Shown here piece by piece: positions 28,815 through 38,306 of a stretch of 64,000 bases of DNA (the first letter of the stretch is position 1; each line of letters begins with the position of its first letter). The notes under the pieces are model-generated. The model had not been told where the DNA came from. It worked only from the letters and a program-made list of their open reading frames with translations, and searched no databases. Source of the stretch: Candidatus Bathyarchaeia archaeon (GTDB lineage: Bacteria > Patescibacteriota > Microgenomatia > PFEM01 > JAFGMK01). Location: contig DATKWK010000017.1 in NCBI GenBank assembly GCA_035529595.1, forward strand, positions 116,970-180,969. The letters are read 5' to 3'. Made by a program: the position numbers and the translations under genes.

Positions 28815-30308
28815 TTAGACTTTCTCTGTTACCCGATATTCCAGGTACTTTCCGAGCATTAATCGCGTTTGGGCATCAAGTCCCGGTAAGGCGGTAAAGA
28901 AAAAACCGGCTATCGGCATAAGAATAAACTCTAAAGGGATTAACCAGACTCGCCAGCGAGGAAATTCTTTGGGACGCGGTGGTCGTTGTTTGGCATCGAT
29001 AATTAAAATTATCACCATAAAAATTAGCGTAAAACTGAGTATGGTCGAGGAAAGTCTGGGTAGCGTGTAACCCATAATAGTTCTTGAAAAACGGCGGTTA
29101 AAGATCGATGGCAGCGTAATGCCTAAAGTAATAAAAAACCAGTTCACGGGCCATAGAAAGTGATCTTCGACAATTCTTACAACACGGATGGTTTTGTTCC
29201 AAAAAGAAACACCTGGCGTTAAGAAGTAATTCTTAATAATGTAAGGATCATCGGAAACTCCCCAAGCCCATCTTTTAAACTGTTCGTATTGGTTCTTGAA
29301 GGTTTTTAAAAAAGTGGTTGATTCGGCAGCGTCCACTTGTAGGGGGAGGAAAATCGGCTCGACTTCAACTTGGCCCTTAAATTTGTAAAAACACTTAAAA
29401 AAAATTCGGTAGTCTTCCGGAATGATATCAGGATCCCAATAACCGACCTGGTCAATCATTTTTAAAGAAGTGGAGTAATTTTGGAAATTAACTAATCGAT
29501 CAGTCCGCGTTAAAACGGCCATATTCCAAATCCCACCAATAGTATTGGCGACTCGGGAAAGAGCCGGTAACCGCCAGAAATTATTGTAGTATTGAATGGC
29601 CGGCTGCCAAAAGCGGCGATAGCGGTGAGGGTTATCTAAAAAGGCATAAGCCAGATAAGAAAAGTGCTTCGGGTGATATTTATGATCGGCGTCACAGCTA
29701 CTGATGGTTAGGTAATTAATATCCATGCCTCGCCTGTTGACCAACTCTTGTTTGGCCCAACGGGCGGCATAATTCTCGTTGGAGGCCTTCCCGATTATTT
29801 CTCCAGAAGCCAGTTTATGGACGGTGATAAAAAAATTGCCAAATTTTTTTCCACAGTCTTTTTCTAAAATTTTGGCGTTTTGTTGGCCTAGTTCAGCTCT
29901 TGCTTCAGTAGCAATAACCACGGTGATTTGTTTGAGGGGAAAGTCTTGCTCAGCCAAGGCTTTCAGATTTCGGCGGAGGATATGAAGCGGCTCATTGACG
30001 GTAACGATGATAATTAGGTGGTGAACTCTTCGCCAATCTTCAAAAAACTTGACTTCGCCCAGCCAGTCCATTTTTTTGGCAGCCTCAATTCTTAAATGAG
30101 CCAAAATTCCGGTAATTGCAATACTAACTGATTTGTAGAGCCAGAAAATGTCATATGCCAGAACTGTGTAAGCAACAGTAGTGGGAATAAGAAAACCGCC
30201 GATTAGTAAAAAAAGGATCATCGAATAAGCTACTACTCCCGGGAGAATTTCTAGAGCTCGATGAATTTTTCTGTCGTGGTCAACAATAAATTTTCTGATT
30301 TTACCCAT
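28815..30308 (-). CDS. Family 2 membrane glycosyltransferase
   Basis: GKASN, DAD, PEDY, QFKRW (QxxRW) motifs. Confidence 0.88.
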   Translation of the reverse strand: MGKIRKFIVDHDRKIHRALEILPGVVAYSMILFLLIGGFLIPTTVAYTVLAYDIFWLYKSVSIAITGILAHLRIEAAKKMDWLGEVKFFEDWRRVHHLIIIVTVNEPLHILRRNLKALAEQDFPLKQITVVIATEARAELGQQNAKILEKDCGKKFGNFFITVHKLASGEIIGKASNENYAARWAKQELVNRRGMDINYLTISSCDADHKYHPKHFSYLAYAFLDNPHRYRRFWQPAIQYYNNFWRLPALSRVANTIGGIWNMAVLTRTDRLVNFQNYSTSLKMIDQVGYWDPDIIPEDYRIFFKCFYKFKGQVEVEPIFLPLQVDAAESTTFLKTFKNQYEQFKRWAWGVSDDPYIIKNYFLTPGVSFWNKTIRVVRIVEDHFLWPVNWFFITLGITLPSIFNRRFSRTIMGYTLPRLSSTILSFTLIFMVIILIIDAKQRPPRPKEFPRWRVWLIPLEFILMPIAGFFFTALPGLDAQTRLMLGKYLEYRVTEKV

Positions 30309-30503
30309 ATTTCTTCAGTAATTTCCTGACGGTATTCCATCAATAACGGTTTTTTTCTTTTAAACAGCCGTACCAAAATTCGGCTCCCCAGAGAATGGTT
30401 TTAAAACCGATACTGTTTAATTTATTAAAGTAATTTATTATATCATCAGGTTGACAAGACCGATTAGCTTTAGGGTTATAAATATTTACTAAATCATTAG
30501 TTT

Positions 30504-31313
30504 TTAAATATTGAAGAGATTTTGTGCATTCTGAGTTGTTTGACGAGCAACCTCTTTTAAAGGAATATTTTTAAGCCTGCTTAAATATTCGGCGATAATT
30601 TTGATATTTTTCGGTTCGTTTCTTTGGTTTCGGAATGGCACCGGAGAAAGAAAAGGACAATCAGTTTCCAGAATAATCTTATCAAAGGGGATTTGGCAGA
30701 AGATATTTTGCAAGCCTGGATCATAGGTCAAATTGCCATTGGTCCCAAAATAAAAACCCAGTTGGGTAACTTTACTGATTCTCTTCTTGCCGGCCGAATA
30801 GCAGTGAAAGACTCCCTGTAGTAAGTTTTCGGTTGTTGATTGAGGGTTATTAGTGAACGATTCAATAAGTTGGACCGTTTCCATAAATGCTTTTCGGGTA
30901 TGGATTATTAAAGGAAGCTTTAAATCTTGAGCGATTTTTATTTGTTGCTGGAAAAGAAATATTTGCTCTTTCCGGGTTCGGTCTTTTTCTCCGGGAGGCG
31001 CCGGAGAAAAATCCAGGCCGCACTCGCCCACGGCGACCACTTCTTGGTATGCGGCTAATTTTGCCAGCCGATCAGTTTGTTCTTTTAAAGGTTGGCTGTT
31101 TTCCGGATCGGTTTGTTGAGGGTGAATGCCTACCGCTGCATAAATAACACCTGGGTATTTCTTGGCCAAAGTAATTGCTTTTTCCGAATCATCAAGATTA
31201 CTACCGACACAGATTATTTTGGTTACCTTATTTTCCAATGACCGCTTAATAATCTGATCAATATCTTTAGCATATTCAGAAAAATTTAAATGTGCGTGAG
31301 TATCAACAAGCAT
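30504..31313 (-). CDS. tatD: TatD family hydrolase
   Basis: DTHAH, GIHP, GECGLD, IHTR, FHCY, LETDCP. Confidence 0.95.
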   Translation of the reverse strand: MLVDTHAHLNFSEYAKDIDQIIKRSLENKVTKIICVGSNLDDSEKAITLAKKYPGVIYAAVGIHPQQTDPENSQPLKEQTDRLAKLAAYQEVVAVGECGLDFSPAPPGEKDRTRKEQIFLFQQQIKIAQDLKLPLIIHTRKAFMETVQLIESFTNNPQSTTENLLQGVFHCYSAGKKRISKVTQLGFYFGTNGNLTYDPGLQNIFCQIPFDKIILETDCPFLSPVPFRNQRNEPKNIKIIAEYLSRLKNIPLKEVARQTTQNAQNLFNI

Positions 31314-31322
31314 AAATTTAAA

Positions 31323-32864
31323 CTATTTAATCCGGGGGAATAATGGTTTTTTGAATGTAATTTTTGTTCCCGGTTTAAGATTTGTCCAGCTGTCTTTATT
31401 AAGAGGATTTACAGCCAGTAGTTTATTAATTCCTAGTCTATCGGCAATTTCCAGGGATGTTTCTGGCAGAAATGGATAAATCTGCCAGGCAACTTGATGA
31501 AGACTGTCCAAAAGACCATAAATAACCCAGTTAAACTTCTTTTTGTCTTTTTTAGCCAGTTCCCAAGGTCTGTTTTCATCAATATATCTGTCTGCTTCGC
31601 TGATAAATTTCCAGATTGACTCCAACGCCTCGTTGAATCGGTATTGGGGCAAGAGTTTATCAATATCCTGCCAAGATTTTTTCCAATTATAGATTTTTTG
31701 GTTGGCCCTTAATGGATGAGAGTCGGGGTTTAGATCTATTTGAGGGACTTGGTGGCCACAGTTTTTCTCGACTAGAGCAAGAACCCGAGCTAGCAAGTTA
31801 CCTAACCCGTTAGCCAGATCGGCATTATAGAGTTGTTCAAAGCGCGAATAAGAAAAGTCGCCATCATGATAAGGCGGAATTTCTCTTAAAAGGTAGTAGC
31901 GGACGGCATCAGTCCCATATTTTTCAACCACTTCGAAGGGCGATATCACATTACCTAGAGATTTACTCATCTTTTGTCCCTCCACAGTGATGTATCCATG
32001 AACAAAGATTTCCTTGGGAATAGGCAAGTGAGCGCTTTGAAGCATCGCCGGCCAATAAATCGAATGAAACCGATTGACTCCTTTGCCAATGACGTGAAGA
32101 TCAGCCGGCCAGTATTTTCTAAATAGGGGTCCATTGTCGGCATAATCAAGGGCGGTGATATAGTTAGAGAGGGCATCAACCCAAACATACATTACTTGAG
32201 CCGGATCACCGGGAACCGGAACCCCCCAGCCTTTAGTTCTTTTGCTTGGTCGGGAGATACTGAAATCTTTAAGGCCCCTTTCTATAAAAGCCAGTGTTTC
32301 ATTTTTGCGGATACCAGGAACAATTTCAAGTTCATCTCTTTCAATTAAACTTTTAAGCCATTTTTCGTATCGGGACAATCGGAAGAAATAGTTTCCCTCT
32401 TCAATGATTTCCAGTTTGTCTTTGGGGTGTTCAGGACAGAAACCACCGACTAGGTCCTCGGGCTCATAGAATGCTTCGCAGCCCACGCAGTAAAGCCCAC
32501 GGTATTTTTTTTTATAGACATCGCTTTTTTTGAAATTTCTCCAAAGTTTTTGAGCGCCGGCAAAATGCCGTTTTTCAGTTGTTCGAATGAAATCATTAAA
32601 AGATAGATTAAGAAGCTTTTTTAGTTTATAGAAAAGTTGAGCGTTTTGGTCAACAAAAGTAGTAACAGGGACGCCGGCTTTTTCTGCTGCCTGGACGTTT
32701 TTTTGAGCATTTTCGTCCGTTCCCGTGAGAAAGAAGACATCTTCTCCCATTAGCCTATGATAGCGGGCGATGGCATCGGTTTCGACAACTTCCTGAGCAA
32801 AACCAATATGCGGAGCGGCATTAACGTAGGGAATGGCCGTTGTAACATAAAATTTTTTGTCCAT
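31323..32864 (-). CDS. metG: Methionyl-tRNA synthetase
   Basis: TTAIPYVNAAPHIG, GTDE, CxxC..C..H knuckle, YVWVDAL, KMSKSLGN, LANGLGNL. Confidence 0.96.
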   Translation of the reverse strand: MDKKFYVTTAIPYVNAAPHIGFAQEVVETDAIARYHRLMGEDVFFLTGTDENAQKNVQAAEKAGVPVTTFVDQNAQLFYKLKKLLNLSFNDFIRTTEKRHFAGAQKLWRNFKKSDVYKKKYRGLYCVGCEAFYEPEDLVGGFCPEHPKDKLEIIEEGNYFFRLSRYEKWLKSLIERDELEIVPGIRKNETLAFIERGLKDFSISRPSKRTKGWGVPVPGDPAQVMYVWVDALSNYITALDYADNGPLFRKYWPADLHVIGKGVNRFHSIYWPAMLQSAHLPIPKEIFVHGYITVEGQKMSKSLGNVISPFEVVEKYGTDAVRYYLLREIPPYHDGDFSYSRFEQLYNADLANGLGNLLARVLALVEKNCGHQVPQIDLNPDSHPLRANQKIYNWKKSWQDIDKLLPQYRFNEALESIWKFISEADRYIDENRPWELAKKDKKKFNWVIYGLLDSLHQVAWQIYPFLPETSLEIADRLGINKLLAVNPLNKDSWTNLKPGTKITFKKPLFPRIK

Positions 32865-32880
32865 AAGACTATTTTAAACG

Positions 32881-32951
32881 AAAAAACCTCCTTTTTAAAG
32901 GAGGCTGGCTTTTCTAATTTCTGATTTTTTAATCTGACTACTAGCCTCCTC
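32881..32951 (-). terminator. Terminator/antiterminator of the metG leader
   Basis: Terminator GCCUCC-uuuaaaaa-GGAGG-U6 (32905-32881); alternative pairing GAGGAGGCUAG (32951-32941) with CCAGCCUCCUU (32908-32898). Confidence 0.8.
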
Positions 32952-32956
32952 GCCTT

Positions 32957-33016
32957 CTAGATAGGCATCATGATTCTTGTCAATACGGAGGTTAGAGATT
33001 TTACCATTGGTGCCAT
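32957..33016 (-). CDS. Putative Met-rich attenuator leader peptide (M)APMVKSLTSVLTRIMMPI
   Basis: ATGs at 33016 and 33007; tandem ATG-ATG at 32971-32966; TAG at 32959-32957 just before the antiterminator strand. Confidence 0.65.
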   Translation of the reverse strand: MAPMVKSLTSVLTRIMMPI

Positions 33017-33025
33017 TTTAGCAAA

Positions 33026-33388
33026 TTATGCCTTAATTGACAACATTTTTTTTATCTTCCTTGTCCAGCGGTCAGCCCACTCGTCAGCTTCAATTTTTTT
33101 TAAACCGATTTTGAAACCTCTTCCTTTTTTAATTTGGTCAGCGACCACCGAAATTGTCGCGCTGGAGATCTTCAGGGTATCTTTAATTTCCCGGTAATTT
33201 TTGCCTTTATTTAATAGGTAAGCTGTTCCAAGGCGCTTAGTTACTACCGAAATTTCTGTTTCAGTAAGGAGGTCTTTTAGAAAAACTTCGACTTCTTGGG
33301 GATTCTTGATATCGGCTATAGTTTGATAAAAAAGCTCGCCGATCTTTTTTTCTAATTTCTTGTTAATTTTCTTTTTGGAAACTTGCAT
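33026..33388 (-). CDS. TrpR-like (YerC/YecD) repressor-family protein
   Basis: FLKDLLTETE..KRL..YREI..ISSATIS. Confidence 0.85.
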   Translation of the reverse strand: MQVSKKKINKKLEKKIGELFYQTIADIKNPQEVEVFLKDLLTETEISVVTKRLGTAYLLNKGKNYREIKDTLKISSATISVVADQIKKGRGFKIGLKKIEADEWADRWTRKIKKMLSIKA

Positions 33389-33492
33389 AATAAAAACCCA
33401 TTCTAAATCAGAATGGGCAGGTAATCAAAATTTAATTAATTAAAGCATATCTTGCTTGGGATGTCAATTAAGTTTTTAAAGAAGAGAAGAAA

Positions 33493-33813
33493 TTAGCGGC
33501 GGGAAAAGTAAATTTCTATACTGAAAAAAGAAGCGGTTAGAAAAATCAGACTAAGAACACTGGTCAGTTTAAACTGTCTGAGGAGTAAGAAAATAATCGT
33601 GAATACCGAAATCAGCAGCCCTCGTCGGCTATTGCCAAGAAGAAGTGCGAGAGTTAAGAAATTAGCTAGAAAGAAAGAAATGTAAAAGATTAAAAAGGCA
33701 AGGAAACCACTGGGCGCGACTTTTAAAAAAACCAGTAACCATGCCGTCCAGGATAGTAGGGTGATCAATAAAGCCGGCAAAAAATTCTTTCTCTTTCTGG
33801 TGCTCTTTTTCAT
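33493..33813 (-). CDS. Hypothetical membrane protein
   Basis: 4 TM helices; 106 aa. Confidence 0.7.
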   Translation of the reverse strand: MKKSTRKRKNFLPALLITLLSWTAWLLVFLKVAPSGFLAFLIFYISFFLANFLTLALLLGNSRRGLLISVFTIIFLLLRQFKLTSVLSLIFLTASFFSIEIYFSRR

Positions 33814-33870
33814 CTGATCCTAAAATTAGTAGTGTTATAATTAATAATAGCAGATTCCAACTTGGATTTA

Positions 33871-34926
33871 ATGTTAAACGAAATATATATACTAATTGTT
33901 GCCTTCTTGGTTATTTTAGCCCTGGTACTTTGGTTTATTAATTGGCGATTGAAGCAGATTAATAAAGAGGGCCAGGTCGATGAAAAGCTTTTAAGGGTAA
34001 TCGAAACCCTGCAGAAAGGGACTTCTGATCTGCAAAAAGGCCTTCAAGACCAGAGTCGACACATTTCCGACACCCTCCAGAGCTCAACCAAAACCTTAAA
34101 TGAGAGATTAGATAACGCCGCTCGCTATATTTCTCAGGTGGCTAAAGAAGTCGGGCAAATGAGCGAAATTGGCCGGTCAATGAAGGATTTGCAGGAATTT
34201 TTAAAAAGTCCAAAATTAAGAGGTAATATCGGGGAAGAAGTCTTAAAAGATTTGATCAGCCAAATGTTTCCCAAAAATAGTTTTTACTTGCAATATGGCT
34301 TTAAAAGCGGAGAGAAAGTCGATGCGGCTTTAAGAACCGAGGCCGGTCTGTTGCCGATTGACTCGAAATTTCCGATGGAGAACTTCCAAAGAATGGTCAA
34401 GGCACAAACTGAAGAAGAAAGAAACAAAATCAGAAAAACCTTTATCGCTGACGTCAAAAAACATCTTAAAAATGTTGCCGGTAAATATATACTTCCGGGA
34501 GAAGGAACCATGGATTTTGCCTTAATGTATATCCCTTCGGAGTCAGTTTATTATGAAATTGTCAACCTGCCTGAACTGACTGAATTTGCCCGGCAATTGC
34601 GGGTTTATCCGGTTTCACCGACAACTCTTTATGCCTCATTACGGATGATTCTTTTATCTTTTGAAGGGAAGAAGATTGAGGTTCGCTCGCGGCAAGTCTT
34701 CCAGCTTCTCAGAGCAATCCAAAGAGACTACCAGAAGACCGAGGGCGTCTTGTCTGTTTTGGGTAAGCATATCAGTAATACCTACAACCAAATGGCTAAG
34801 GTAACGCAAGCCTTTTCGCTGTTAGGTCAAAAACTTACCTCTACTCAAACCCTGGAAGCAGGAGAGGAAAAAACGGATGAAACCGGCGATATTAAACAAG
34901 ATTCTAGCCTCCACCAGCAGGCATAA
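33871..34926 (+). CDS. rmuC: DNA recombination protein RmuC
   Basis: N-terminal TM, coiled coil, RGNIGE, IDSKFP, KYILP, FALMYIPSE, VSPTT. Confidence 0.92.
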   Translation: MLNEIYILIVAFLVILALVLWFINWRLKQINKEGQVDEKLLRVIETLQKGTSDLQKGLQDQSRHISDTLQSSTKTLNERLDNAARYISQVAKEVGQMSEIGRSMKDLQEFLKSPKLRGNIGEEVLKDLISQMFPKNSFYLQYGFKSGEKVDAALRTEAGLLPIDSKFPMENFQRMVKAQTEEERNKIRKTFIADVKKHLKNVAGKYILPGEGTMDFALMYIPSESVYYEIVNLPELTEFARQLRVYPVSPTTLYASLRMILLSFEGKKIEVRSRQVFQLLRAIQRDYQKTEGVLSVLGKHISNTYNQMAKVTQAFSLLGQKLTSTQTLEAGEEKTDETGDIKQDSSLHQQA

Positions 34927-34953
34927 TTTTTCAACCTCCAGTTTGATGGTAAA

Positions 34954-37890
34954 ATGATTTCGATGTTAAGTCAAGATAAAAAAACTTTAAATCGGGAACA
35001 AAAAGATGCGGTGCGCTATGGCAGGGGTCCGCTCCTGGTTATCGCCGGTGCCGGAACCGGCAAAACCACTGTTATTGTCGAAAGAATCAGGTATTTGATC
35101 ACTAAGAGAAATATCAAGCCTGCAGAAATTTTGGCGCTGACTTTTACTGATAAAGCTGCTCGGGAAATGGAAGAAAGGGTTGATCAAGTGCTTCCCTACG
35201 GTTATGTTGACATGTGGATTTCTACCTTTCATGCCTTTTGCGACCGAATTTTAAGAGATGAGTCAATCCATATTGGCTTGGATCCGGGTTACAAACTGAT
35301 GGGTCAAGCAGAGGCGATTCAGTTTTTGATTAAAAACCTTTTTAAGCTGGATCTTGATTATTTTCGGCCACTGGGTAATCCGACTAAATTTATCCACGGT
35401 TTAATTGGCCACTTTTCCCGATTGAAAGATGAAGACGTATCGCCCAGTGAATACCTTCGCTGGGCTCAAGCTCAAAACTCAAAAATCAAAACTCAAAATT
35501 CTACAGAAAAAAAACAGGAAGCGGAAAAGTACTTAGAGCTGGCAAAAGCTTACCAAAAATATGAAGAATTTAAAATTAAAGAGGGTTTAATGGATTTTGG
35601 CGATTTGATTACCAATGTTTTGAGATTGTTCCGGAATCGGAAGAATGTTTTAACTCAGTACCAGAAGAAGTTTAAATATATTCTGGTGGATGAATTCCAG
35701 GACACTAATATTGCCCAAAATGAATTAGTGATGCTTTTAGCTGGCCAAAAAGCCAATTTAACAGTTGTCGCTGACGATGATCAATCAATTTACAAGTGGC
35801 GCGGCGCTGCCGTCTCTAATGTTTTACAGCTTAGAAAAAATTATCCCCAGATGAAGGTAATTACTTTGACGTGTAATTACCGTTCGACACAGAAAATTCT
35901 TAATCATGCTTACCGGTTAATTCAATATAATAATCCTGATCGATTGGAGGTTAAAGAAAAAATTAATAAACATCTTGAAGCTATCCGGCAGGAAAAAGGT
36001 AATCCGGTCGAGCTTATCTTTACCAACCGGGTTGAGGAAGAAGCTGATAGGGTGGCAGAAACAATAAAAAGTTTAAAGCTGAAAAATGAGAGCTATTCCT
36101 GGCAGGATTTTGCGATTTTAGTTCGGGCTAATAATCACGCCGAGCCGTTTATCCGGGCTTTGGTCCGGTTGGGGATTCCTTATCAGTTTTTGGGTCCGGG
36201 GCAACTTTTTCGATGCGAGGAGGTAAAAGATTTAATTGCTTATTTGAAACTGCTTTATAACTTTGAAGATAATGTCGCTGCTTATCGGCTGCTGTCGATG
36301 GCTGTTTTTAATCTTTCCGCCCGAGATTTGGCGGCAATTGTTAATTTTAGCCGCAAGATGAATTTGTCTTTGTTTGAAGCCTGCGAAAAGATAGAAGAAA
36401 TTCTTGTTTCTGCTGAAACTAAAGACAAAATAAGAAATTTTGTCGGGATGGTTTATCGCCACTTAAAGTTGGTCAGTAAAAAAACGGCCGGTCAAATTGC
36501 CTATTATTTCTTGGAAGACAGCGGCCTCTTAAAAAGGTTATCCGATTATAAGACGGTCGAGGAAGAGAATAAGGCACAGAATATAGCCAAGTTTTTTGAC
36601 CGCTTGAAAACTTATGAATCTGACCATGAAGATGCTTCGATTCAAGCAGTCGTTGACTGGATAAATTTATCTTTGGAGTTGGGTGAGTCGCCGCTTGCCA
36701 ATAACTTCGACTGGAGCCAAGAGGACCGGGTAAATCTCTTAACGGTTCACTCAAGTAAAGGCTTAGAATTTCCGGTTGTTTTCCTGGTCAACCTAGTCTC
36801 AGCCCGATTTCCGACTTATAAGCGGCAGGAACAAATTCCCTTACCGGAAGAATTGATCAAAGAGACGTTGCCTGAGGGCGATTATCATCTTCAGGAAGAG
36901 CGTCGGCTTTTCTATGTCGGGATGACCCGGGCTAAAGATTATTTATTTCTGGCGGCGGCTAAATACTACGGCGAGGGAAAGAGAGAAAAAAAAGTCTCTC
37001 CTTTCGTCTTTGAATCACTGGGTGAGGATGTGGCGCAGAAGATAATCAGTCAAAGAACCCCGATTGAGGACTTGCGGCAATTAAGTATTCTTGATTTCGC
37101 CCCTCAATCTGAACTTAAGCAACAACTTGATAGCCGATCCGGCAGACAAGAAATAACTTATTTGTCATTTTCGCAAATTGAGACTTTTGACACTTGCCCT
37201 TTGCAATACCGCTACCGCTATATTCAGCGGATTCCGATTCCATCTTCGGGAGCACAAAGTTTCGGTAACAGTATCCATAACACCTTACGAAAGTTTTATC
37301 AAAAGATCAAAGAGGGTCAAAAACCTTCTCCAAAAAAGTTGATTAGTTTGCTGGATAAGAATTGGTCTTCGGTTGGATATCTGAGTAAAGCTCATGAGAG
37401 ACGAATGAAAAATCACGGGAAGCGGCTGCTGGCTGATTTTTACCAGAAGGGTTTTAATCCCCAAGATAAAATTAAAGACTTGGAGCGGTTGTTTAAGATT
37501 AAACTCGTGTCCGATTTTAGCGTCGGGGGAAAGATTGACCGGATTGATGAAGTGACCGGCGGCATTGAGATATACGATTATAAAACCGGTAAGGTTTGGG
37601 ATCAGCAGAAAGTTGATGCCTCCTTACAAATGACTCTTTATACGCTGGCAGTCGTCAGTCATCAATCAAGTCTTTTTGCCAATATAGAACCTGAAAATAT
37701 AACTTTGTCATTTTATTTTTTGGAGACCGGCGAGAAAAAAACCACCCGTCGGAATAGAGAAAGTCTCCAAAAAGCACGGAAGGAAATACTGGCGAAAAGG
37801 AAAGAGATCGGGTCATCTGATTTTCCTCCTACTCCCGGATTATGGTGTGATTTTTGCGATTTTAAACTGATCTGTGAAGCCTGGAGTTAG
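34954..37890 (+). CDS. UvrD-like helicase with C-terminal PD-(D/E)XK nuclease
   Basis: AGAGTGKT, DEFQD, HSSKGLEF, EERRLFYVGMTRA; SFSQ..CP, GKIDRID, YDYKTG, CDFC..C. Confidence 0.92.
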   Translation: MISMLSQDKKTLNREQKDAVRYGRGPLLVIAGAGTGKTTVIVERIRYLITKRNIKPAEILALTFTDKAAREMEERVDQVLPYGYVDMWISTFHAFCDRILRDESIHIGLDPGYKLMGQAEAIQFLIKNLFKLDLDYFRPLGNPTKFIHGLIGHFSRLKDEDVSPSEYLRWAQAQNSKIKTQNSTEKKQEAEKYLELAKAYQKYEEFKIKEGLMDFGDLITNVLRLFRNRKNVLTQYQKKFKYILVDEFQDTNIAQNELVMLLAGQKANLTVVADDDQSIYKWRGAAVSNVLQLRKNYPQMKVITLTCNYRSTQKILNHAYRLIQYNNPDRLEVKEKINKHLEAIRQEKGNPVELIFTNRVEEEADRVAETIKSLKLKNESYSWQDFAILVRANNHAEPFIRALVRLGIPYQFLGPGQLFRCEEVKDLIAYLKLLYNFEDNVAAYRLLSMAVFNLSARDLAAIVNFSRKMNLSLFEACEKIEEILVSAETKDKIRNFVGMVYRHLKLVSKKTAGQIAYYFLEDSGLLKRLSDYKTVEEENKAQNIAKFFDRLKTYESDHEDASIQAVVDWINLSLELGESPLANNFDWSQEDRVNLLTVHSSKGLEFPVVFLVNLVSARFPTYKRQEQIPLPEELIKETLPEGDYHLQEERRLFYVGMTRAKDYLFLAAAKYYGEGKREKKVSPFVFESLGEDVAQKIISQRTPIEDLRQLSILDFAPQSELKQQLDSRSGRQEITYLSFSQIETFDTCPLQYRYRYIQRIPIPSSGAQSFGNSIHNTLRKFYQKIKEGQKPSPKKLISLLDKNWSSVGYLSKAHERRMKNHGKRLLADFYQKGFNPQDKIKDLERLFKIKLVSDFSVGGKIDRIDEVTGGIEIYDYKTGKVWDQQKVDASLQMTLYTLAVVSHQSSLFANIEPENITLSFYFLETGEKKTTRRNRESLQKARKEILAKRKEIGSSDFPPTPGLWCDFCDFKLICEAWS

Positions 37891-37916
37891 TCAAGGGATT
37901 CAGGTCTAATCTGAAT

Positions 37917-38306
37917 ATGCTGAAAATTTCTAGAAGATTAAATAAAAAAGCCCTGATTCTTTCTTTGATTCTGGATGGATTTTTGATATTATTTGCCAGC
38001 CAGTGTCTTTCTCTCGGTTTCGTCTTAGACTGTTACGGTCCGGGCTGCAATCGCCAATGGTGCGATCATTGGGCCTTCCTACTCTTTGATTTCTATCTGG
38101 TCATTTACATATTATTAACTGTCATGTTTATAGAATTACCGGGTGGTGAATTGCTTGGTCTGCTGGTTTGTTTGGTGATAATTCTCCCAGCCAACTACTT
38201 AGTTTCCCTTTTAATTATCAAATTAGTAAATCTTACTTTTAGTAGATTTAGGTTGTTATTGGCCAAACGGGGTGACAAATTACGAAAATTACTGCCCAAA
38301 AAGTAA
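37917..38306 (+). CDS. Hypothetical membrane protein
   Basis: 3 TM helices with a small Cys-rich loop. Confidence 0.55.
   Translation: MLKISRRLNKKALILSLILDGFLILFASQCLSLGFVLDCYGPGCNRQWCDHWAFLLFDFYLVIYILLTVMFIELPGGELLGLLVCLVIILPANYLVSLLIIKLVNLTFSRFRLLLAKRGDKLRKLLPKK

Noticed and set aside
30325-30345. Fluoride riboswitch (GATGG motif)
   Set aside because: The rest of the consensus and the pseudoknot are absent, and the gene context is unrelated.
32870-33020. T-box or SAM riboswitch for metG
   Set aside because: Too short for T-box stem I; no TGGNACC T-box or SAM-I core seen. A leader peptide fits better.
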